DNA from: Dehalococcoidia bacterium | Lineage (GTDB): Bacteria; Chloroflexota; Dehalococcoidia; GIF9; AB-539-J10 | Assembly (NCBI GenBank): GCA_030612025.1 | Contig: JAUWOR010000001.1 | Span: 1 to 64,000 of the forward strand | Reading direction: 5' to 3' | Length of the DNA: 64,000 nt | Shown here: one piece after another, positions 57,601 through 64,000 of the stretch | Layout: every line of letters begins with the position of its first letter | Numbering within the stretch: position 1 is the stretch's first letter | Notes under the pieces: generated by a model | Database searches by the model: none | Told to the model about the DNA's origin: nothing | What the model saw: the letters and a program-made list of their open reading frames with translations, nothing else | Made by a program: the position numbers and the translations under genes

Positions 57601-58593
57601 ATGGTTAAACTGGTAGTATGTGGCGCTATAAATTGGGATGTCAGTTGTTTCGTGGAGCATTTACCCACGCCTGGAGAGGAAGTTACCGTAAAGCATATTA
57701 CGCGGGTGCCCGGAGGAACAGGAGCCAATGTAGCGGTAGCCGCAGCGCGTATTTTAGGACCTAAACAAGTTGCCTTAATCGGCGCTCTCGGAGAGGATAA
57801 CATTGCTCAGCAACAAGTAGCCGCCTTAGCTACCGAAGGGGTCATTACCGAGGGAATCAACTATGTGCCGGGAGAAGAATCAGGACAAGCTTATATTTTG
57901 GTTGACCAAGAGGGGCAAAATGTCATCGCCAGCTGCTTGGGAGCGAATGCCAGGCTATGCCCCGAACATTTAAACAACCCACCAGTTAGACGCTTATTGC
58001 AGGAATGCCGAGGCATAGTCCTCACTGATCCTCCGTTAGATGTAACAGTAAAACTGCTAGACCTAATAAAACAGCGCGGAATCCCCTTGTTATGGGACCC
58101 CGGAATCCTGATAAGCCAAGGATGGGAGATGCTCGAGCCTCTTGCCAAGCAAGCAGACGTTCTTTTCCTGAACGAAACGGAAGCGATTGCCCTTTTCGGA
58201 ACCGCAGAAGTAGATATGAGCTTGAAGCATCTGCAAGGGCTGGGACTCCACAACCATACAGTGCTCAAACTCGGTGCTCAAGGGGCAGCAATGCTTGAAC
58301 CAGCTACGGGCATAGCGGTCGAAGTCCCTGCTCTACCCCTTAAAGACCTAGGTTTAAAGGTAATTAACACCGTAGGTTGCGGAGATGTCTTTGTGGGGGC
58401 CTTTGCCGCCTACCATGTTCTAGGAGCTAGTCTGCAAAGGTCGCTTATCATGGCTAGTGTAGCAGCAGGTCTTAACGCCACCCGTCCTGAAACTCGAGGC
58501 AGCCCAGAACGAGCAACCTTAGAGGCAACAGAACAAGGCAGCCGCGATTTTGGCTTCATAATTCAGGAATATAAGCGCTCTAAAAAATGCTGA
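57601..58593 (+). CDS. PfkB/ribokinase-family kinase
   Basis: PGGTGANVA, NETE, KLGAQG, NTVGCGDVF. Confidence 0.88.
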   Translation: MVKLVVCGAINWDVSCFVEHLPTPGEEVTVKHITRVPGGTGANVAVAAARILGPKQVALIGALGEDNIAQQQVAALATEGVITEGINYVPGEESGQAYILVDQEGQNVIASCLGANARLCPEHLNNPPVRRLLQECRGIVLTDPPLDVTVKLLDLIKQRGIPLLWDPGILISQGWEMLEPLAKQADVLFLNETEAIALFGTAEVDMSLKHLQGLGLHNHTVLKLGAQGAAMLEPATGIAVEVPALPLKDLGLKVINTVGCGDVFVGAFAAYHVLGASLQRSLIMASVAAGLNATRPETRGSPERATLEATEQGSRDFGFIIQEYKRSKKC

Positions 58594-58611
58594 GTAACCT
58601 CTCTCAATAAG

Positions 58612-59550
58612 ATGTCTGATTTTCGGACTCAATTAAAAAGTGGCCTCTACACGGGAATTAAAAGGGGGTGGAGTAGTTTCGTTTGGATATGCAAAATCGT
58701 TGTCCCTGTCTCCTTTCTCGTAGCTCTTATTCAGTGGAGTGGTTGGCTAAATCAACTAGATTTCCTATTACACCCCTTAATGAGCCTGATCAATCTGCCT
58801 GCCGCGGCAGCGTTACCAATCATTACCGCAATGGTAGTAAACTTTTACGCAGCCATCGCCATCATGGCAGTCCTTCCCTTTACCATCGGACAGATGACAT
58901 TGATTGCCCTATTCATAATGATGGCCCACATGCTTATTATGGAAGGAATGATCCAACACAAATCTGGTTTTAACATCATCAAAGCAACCCTGGTTCGTAT
59001 TACCGCAGCTATTTTAACTGTACTCATTGTCTCCCAATTTCTTGGTGATACTAGCCAGAGCATCGTTTTACCAGCCGCTCTTACAGTTCATACTCCATTT
59101 ATTGAGGCTCTAAAGAGTTGGACTATTAACATACTGGGCTTGTCCGTCAAAATTTTCGTAATCATCATGCTAGTTATGATGCTACTGGAGTCTTTACAAT
59201 CTCTGGGATGGATCAAATATCTGCACAAGTTTTTCAAGCCTTTCATGAGAATTCTTGGACTTTCAAACCAAGCAGTAACGATGTGGGTAGCCGGCGCTGG
59301 TTTTGGCCTGTTATATGGAGGAGCCGTTATTACTGAAGAAGCTAAAAAGGGGGCTTTGACAAAGGAAGAATTGGAGCATCTTCATATTTCTATTGGTATC
59401 AACCATGCTATAGTGGAAGAGACTGCCTTATTCCTAGCATTAGGATTAAATGCGTTCTGGTTGTTGATACCCCGATTTGTCACAGCCGCTATAGCAGTTC
59501 ACACTTGTCGCGCTATACAATATCTTAAGAACAAATCACTTCCCAAGTGA
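58612..59550 (+). CDS. Nucleoside-recognition (Gate) domain membrane protein
   Basis: PLMSLINLP, AHMLIME, GLLYGG, NHAIVEET. Confidence 0.75.
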   Translation: MSDFRTQLKSGLYTGIKRGWSSFVWICKIVVPVSFLVALIQWSGWLNQLDFLLHPLMSLINLPAAAALPIITAMVVNFYAAIAIMAVLPFTIGQMTLIALFIMMAHMLIMEGMIQHKSGFNIIKATLVRITAAILTVLIVSQFLGDTSQSIVLPAALTVHTPFIEALKSWTINILGLSVKIFVIIMLVMMLLESLQSLGWIKYLHKFFKPFMRILGLSNQAVTMWVAGAGFGLLYGGAVITEEAKKGALTKEELEHLHISIGINHAIVEETALFLALGLNAFWLLIPRFVTAAIAVHTCRAIQYLKNKSLPK

Positions 59551-59664
59551 CTCTTCGTGGCATGGTGCTCAAGCATAACCCGCCTGCGCACACCTCTTCA
59601 TCGAAGATGGAGTACTGCTAGGAAAGCAAAAATGACCCTACATTAACAACTCTTAAATCTTTAT

Positions 59665-60582
59665 CTATCGCCCGACTACCTGATAGAGTTTAGTATCCGC
59701 TTCACCGCGAGCATAAGCTTCATGCCACCCTTTGGGCACGGGCATTTTCTTATACCAACTAACTCGCTCTGCCTCAAGTAAATTACGGCGGCATCCCATG
59801 AAATCGGCAGCACAGATAACCTTGTGTTCAATAATAGAAGAGATCCAATCCAGCCATTTCTCCCCTTCCTCGGAGCGCAGTAAATGATGATCTAAAATCA
59901 AGGTATTAACTTCTCTGGCCAATCTTAAAGCCCTACGCAGTGCGTCCTCCCGGTTTTCCTGAGTCAGGCTTGGCAAATAAATAGGTGGCCCGGATGCCAG
60001 CACCACGGTTGGCTGCCATCTAAGGATTTGCTCAATTGCCTCGTCAGCTAAGCATTGAATATCTGAGGCATGTATGAAAACTTCGTTTCCTTCTTCAATC
60101 CTAGTCATCATCATTGTCCCACCTCTGCCCTCACCATGGGGAACAGGAGGAGAAAAGCTCAAGCATCCATCGCTTAGCCCTTCCGAAGCTGGAAGGACTC
60201 GATTGATCTTTTGGGCTAAAGCTTCAGCTCGATGAACTTGGTTGGGGGAGAGATCCTGCGTTCCCTTTGTCCACAACCTGAGGTGCCTCAAGGATTCAGC
60301 AACTCGATCTGCTGAAAGCTGATAGGGGTTGGCATCAACCATGGGATGATGCTCACCGTGATAATGACTAATTACCGCATCTGTGGCATCTTTTAGTGCC
60401 TTTTCAATGGCATCTTTCACTCTCTCAGCCATGGCAACCTGAACCGGATGTGGCAGCAAGCCATGCCGCCTATATCCCAATGCCACCCCTGGATCAATGA
60501 CTATTTTGCGATCTTTGGTCTCGACTACGCAGCACAAGCCACGAACACCCAAAGATTCCGCACCAATTATCTCTATCCGCAC
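59665..60582 (-). CDS. UPF0282 metallo-beta-lactamase-fold protein
   Basis: AESLGVR, IDPGVALG, SHYH, HASDIQ, LDHHLLR. Confidence 0.85.
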   Translation of the reverse strand: MRIEIIGAESLGVRGLCCVVETKDRKIVIDPGVALGYRRHGLLPHPVQVAMAERVKDAIEKALKDATDAVISHYHGEHHPMVDANPYQLSADRVAESLRHLRLWTKGTQDLSPNQVHRAEALAQKINRVLPASEGLSDGCLSFSPPVPHGEGRGGTMMMTRIEEGNEVFIHASDIQCLADEAIEQILRWQPTVVLASGPPIYLPSLTQENREDALRRALRLAREVNTLILDHHLLRSEEGEKWLDWISSIIEHKVICAADFMGCRRNLLEAERVSWYKKMPVPKGWHEAYARGEADTKLYQVVGR

Positions 60583-60698
60583 TCTAAAGTCAATATTACC
60601 ACTAATCTCCTCTGGCCATAAGAGTTTAAATCTACCTTCCCTTTAGTCTTAGTAGAAATTATAATACCCACTAGATAACGAGCGTATTTAGAAAAGCA

Positions 60699-60953
60699 AT
60701 GAGGACACAGAAAAGGGAAAGGTATTGGATAAGAATTAAGAGAGTTGAAGCTGATTTGCTTAAGTTTGGCATCAGCGCCGGCTCAGTTAGAAGGCTTATT
60801 CCCTCTTACCCCCTTAGAGTCTTGGAAAGACTTATCAAAGCCACTGAGAAACGCCAACCTAAAGAGCCAGTTACTTACTTTCTAAATGGCCTGAAAAAAT
60901 CCAGAATGAAACATAGGCCTCAACGTAATCTAATCAGAGATGAGGACACATAA
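60699..60953 (+). CDS. Hypothetical basic protein
   Basis: 84 aa, operon-like spacing with downstream genes. Confidence 0.5.
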   Translation: MRTQKRERYWIRIKRVEADLLKFGISAGSVRRLIPSYPLRVLERLIKATEKRQPKEPVTYFLNGLKKSRMKHRPQRNLIRDEDT

Positions 60954-60959
60954 ATTGAA

Positions 60960-61190
60960 ATGATAGTAATAAAGTGCGCTAAATGCCGGGCTAAAATCTT
61001 TAAATACTTGAAGGTTGGAAGGGGACGAATATTACACTGCTGGAAAGAGCGAATAATAGAAGACCATAGTGTTCGAGATGAAAATGAAATTAGATGTCAG
61101 TGCGGCAATTTAATTGGGATTGATCAGGGAAAGTGGATCAAAATGAAACAACGCTCCTTTATTTATTCCGGAACAAGAACAAAGGGATAG
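60960..61190 (+). CDS. Small Zn-binding hypothetical protein
   Basis: CAKC...KYLKVG.G...C...CQCG. Confidence 0.7.
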   Translation: MIVIKCAKCRAKIFKYLKVGRGRILHCWKERIIEDHSVRDENEIRCQCGNLIGIDQGKWIKMKQRSFIYSGTRTKG

Positions 61191-61199
61191 AATGTTTCC

Positions 61200-61646
61200 A
61201 TGAAACTTATAAGTGCCTGCCTATTGGGAATAAGGTGTACCTGGGACAGTAAAGATAATTACAAGAGCGATAAGGCAATCGAGCTTTTAAACTCTGAGAC
61301 GCTAATCCCCGTTTGCCCAGAACAATTAGGAGGATTAAAGACCCCCAGGATACCTCAGGAAATTCAGGGAGGCACCGGTGAGGATGTCCTTGATAGGAAA
61401 TGCAAGGTGCTAAATAGAAATGGAGAAGATGTTACTGTGGAATTTATTACCGGAGCAGAAGAAACCTTAAAACTTGCCAAGCTATTCCATGTTGAAGAAT
61501 TTATAGGGAAATCTAAAAGCCCCTCATGTGGCTGTGGGCAAATATATGATGGCACATTTTCTCAAAAATTGATTGACGGCGATGGCGTTACCACGGCATT
61601 ATTGAAAGGAAATGGAATCAGAGTTATAAGCGAAGAAGATTTGTAG
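61200..61646 (+). CDS. DUF523 (TudS/2-thiouracil desulfurase family) protein
   Basis: SACLLG, PVCPEQLGGL.TPR, KSKSPSCG, GDGVT. Confidence 0.9.
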   Translation: MKLISACLLGIRCTWDSKDNYKSDKAIELLNSETLIPVCPEQLGGLKTPRIPQEIQGGTGEDVLDRKCKVLNRNGEDVTVEFITGAEETLKLAKLFHVEEFIGKSKSPSCGCGQIYDGTFSQKLIDGDGVTTALLKGNGIRVISEEDL

Positions 61647-61732
61647 CTTGCTAAGAAACCCACACAATTTCCCGTGAGTTCAGTGAGGTCGAAGCCTGAT
61701 GAATCAGGACTTATGTGAAATACCTAGGTCGC

Positions 61733-62368
61733 TTAATCCTTGGGAGACAGCTTGTCACTAACCTCCTGGAGTGACACTCTGCCAGCAGATACAACCATCT
61801 TTAGAGCATCATCAACCGAAATGTTGGTCCGAATAACTTTATCTTCCGTCACTATCTCCAGGAAGCCCGATGTCGGATTAGGAGAAGTGGGTATAAAGAC
61901 GTTGAGCAATCTTTCGCCGGACTTGTCATACGATTCATTAGTGATAAAGCCTATTGCCCTCATACCTTCTTTAGGGAACTCTACAAGCACTACCTGCATA
62001 AAGCCAGTTTTGCCCGGCTTAGAGAAGCCTTCCAGGATTTGTTTGATACCGGCATAGAGTTGTCGCGCTGCTGGGACTTTCGCCAACAAGGATTCACCAT
62101 AATGAATCACCCTCCTTCCCACAATGTTGCTGGCTATGACTCCAGCCAAGTAAATTATTACTATCGTTACGCCAAAGCCTACTCCAGGAACTGTGCGACC
62201 CCATATAGACCTGATTACAGGCTGCAGTATATTGTCGAGGACAACAAAGATCCAGACAAATATTAATATGGTGACACCAATTGGCACGACAACAAGAATG
62301 CCCGTGGCGAATTGTGCCCTTAATTTCTTACCTAGCCAACCCCAGGATACTCTCCGAGTGTGCTTCAT
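61733..62368 (-). CDS. DUF502 membrane protein
   Basis: GILVVVP, LVEFP, VFIPTSPNPTSG, VSAG. Confidence 0.9.
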   Translation of the reverse strand: MKHTRRVSWGWLGKKLRAQFATGILVVVPIGVTILIFVWIFVVLDNILQPVIRSIWGRTVPGVGFGVTIVIIYLAGVIASNIVGRRVIHYGESLLAKVPAARQLYAGIKQILEGFSKPGKTGFMQVVLVEFPKEGMRAIGFITNESYDKSGERLLNVFIPTSPNPTSGFLEIVTEDKVIRTNISVDDALKMVVSAGRVSLQEVSDKLSPKD

Positions 62369-62621
62369 TCCCTTATCCTCCTTATTGCGCCAAGTACACT
62401 AATACTTTCAAGCAACCAATTGATAGCTATTCTAACATTGTAAATTGTCAACGAGAAATGAAACACAATGAGTCCGAACTGACCGAAAGCCAGTTAAAAG
62501 ATGACACCTCAAATTTTGGGAAATCTATTCTTCGCCTTAAATATAAACAAACTGGCTAATTGTTTGCCAAACTGTTGGTCGCCAACCACTACTTCTTGAA
62601 TTCTGAGTAATCTCATTCTAT

Positions 62622-63452
62622 TTAGTCTTTCTTGAATATGCGCCCGTCATAGGTGAATGGTAACGGCATCTTCATTATGGGGTCTACAGCCTTGTCGAGA
62701 TTCGTTACTATTGAATCTAGCCGTTCTTGCCATGAGACTACGTTTGGTTTTTCGAAGTCAAGTTGTCTTGCAAGAGCGAAGCTCTTAATAGCCTCTGTAA
62801 CTCGAAGCATCGTTACACACAATATAAAGGCTTTACTCGGTAGGTCCTCTATTCTGGTATCTGGCGCAGCCATTACTATATATTCCTCTCCCGTTAACGA
62901 TACCGAGAATGCGTCATGTAGTGCAGATGGAATGGTCGGGTGTTTCACCTGACACAGCCACCTATATTGCGAATATAATAGCTCCCAGTAGTTCTCATCC
63001 TTGACATCGACCAAAGTGCTTCCTGACCTACTACTTATTTCCTTCAGTCGTCGTGTGTGCATCTTGCATAGGTCTGCAACAGACCATGGTAAACCAGTTT
63101 TCGAATTCAAGAACTGTTCTGCTCTCTTAACGCTACCCGCTATACAACTAGTGGCAAGAGCATTCTCGAATGCTGCAGCAGCTACCGACCCAGCTTGAGA
63201 TGTGTAGCCCATTAAGAGTAGATTCCAAGTAGCCCGTAGGTCGTTTAACGAGCGTTTCAAAAACAAGGCGGCAACACCAATATCCTCCGTTTTTTCACGC
63301 TTGCAGTCCAAGGTTGGTGCTTCTACTCCACACTCGTAGCAATCAGTAATCGGTTTCGAGAAAGGTTTCAGCATCTCTGCCATCTTCGGACTGCTGGCTA
63401 TTTCTAACTTTGCTAGAACATTCCAAAGACCGTGTGAGTTTCGCATTTCCAT
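62622..63452 (-). CDS. Hypothetical protein, DUF5677/HEPN-like
   Basis: LLLMGY..QA...FE and YRWLCQVKHP patterns. Confidence 0.5.
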   Translation of the reverse strand: MEMRNSHGLWNVLAKLEIASSPKMAEMLKPFSKPITDCYECGVEAPTLDCKREKTEDIGVAALFLKRSLNDLRATWNLLLMGYTSQAGSVAAAAFENALATSCIAGSVKRAEQFLNSKTGLPWSVADLCKMHTRRLKEISSRSGSTLVDVKDENYWELLYSQYRWLCQVKHPTIPSALHDAFSVSLTGEEYIVMAAPDTRIEDLPSKAFILCVTMLRVTEAIKSFALARQLDFEKPNVVSWQERLDSIVTNLDKAVDPIMKMPLPFTYDGRIFKKD

Positions 63453-63789
63453 TACTAACTTCCCTGTCGGTATCGGGGTATATATTCAGCTTTCTGCCGA
63501 TAATTATACTACTTTTCGAATCACAGGATGAGCAGGAAGAACCCTAAGAGATATTCTAGGAAGTATGTGGGAAAACCAGCCTTAACGATGCTGTCCACCT
63601 ACCCTGCAAGCCGAGGGAATTCGTATGTACAGTTGCTTGCGCGTTTTGACGAAATGTTAAATCGTCCCTTCTTAATACTGGTAGGGGCAACGATTCCGCG
63701 CCAACTGCCTCCATCCATACCCGTGAGTCCTCTCAGCTTACTTGAAGATCACTCTGTAAAGGCGGGTTCTTCGAGAGCTCCACAATGTA

Positions 63790-63912
63790 GTGGGCAAATA
63801 TACGATGGCACATTTTCCCAAAAATTGATTGTTGGCGATGGTGTTACCATCGCATTATTGAAGAGAAATGGCATCAGAGCCATAAGCGAAGAAGATTTGT
63901 AGCTTACTAAGA
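63790..63912 (+). repeat. Duplicate of the 3' end of the DUF523 gene
   Basis: 123-nt direct repeat of 61534-61656 with 13 mismatches. Confidence 0.9.
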
Positions 63913-64000
63913 GAATTGCACCATTTCCTTAGAGCAATATCTACTTTGCGACCTTTGGTTTTGACCACACAACGCAGACAATGATCCTGCATCTATGTGG

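Noticed and set aside
62400-62621. Integron attC site near GTTGGTCGCCAAC
   Set aside because: No complete R/L box pairing could be built and there is no integron integrase.
1592-63198. Numerous 60-160 aa ORFs overlapping well-supported genes
   Set aside because: Shadow frames with no recognisable motifs or RBS.
63528-63902. 124-aa ORF as a DUF523 paralog
   Set aside because: Only the last ~37 aa match; the N-terminal Cys motifs are missing.
36578-63912. Diverged direct repeats as DGR template/variable repeats
   Set aside because: Mismatches are not adenine-specific in one copy, many are synonymous, and no reverse transcriptase is present.

Overview
64 kb of chromosome from an anaerobic bacterium; gene content (cbiZ corrinoid salvage, SufB/SufC-only Fe-S system, archaeal-type sulfide-dependent Thi4 and homocysteine genes) suggests Dehalococcoidia-like Chloroflexota, which is inference only. 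Core content: tilS region, Rrf2-NifU-SufCB, thi4/homocysteine synthesis cluster, ArsR-controlled arsP/arsEFG-like cluster, tRNA-His and tRNA-Arg(UCG), an 11-gene cobamide salvage operon with an upstream HTH regulator, and nucleoside salvage genes. The most unusual features are: (1) a ~4.5 kb insert with a secreted papain/C39-like peptidase, a beta-propeller lipoprotein, an orphan second peptidase C-terminus and a second beta-propeller lipoprotein, an architecture resembling polymorphic toxin loci, behind a promoter with a G9 tract in its spacer; (2) MITE-like elements with shared terminal inverted repeats and short direct repeats that enclose different REP-type palindromes and have rewritten gene 3' ends; (3) palindromic repeats translated in-frame inside conserved proteins (TilS, CobU, TIGR03936, AsnB-like); (4) three separate cargo insertions each bracketed by a diverged duplicate of a gene's 3' tail, with no integrase in view; (5) several pseudogenes and small ORFs missing from the ORF track. 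All family assignments come from motif recognition by eye, without database searches.
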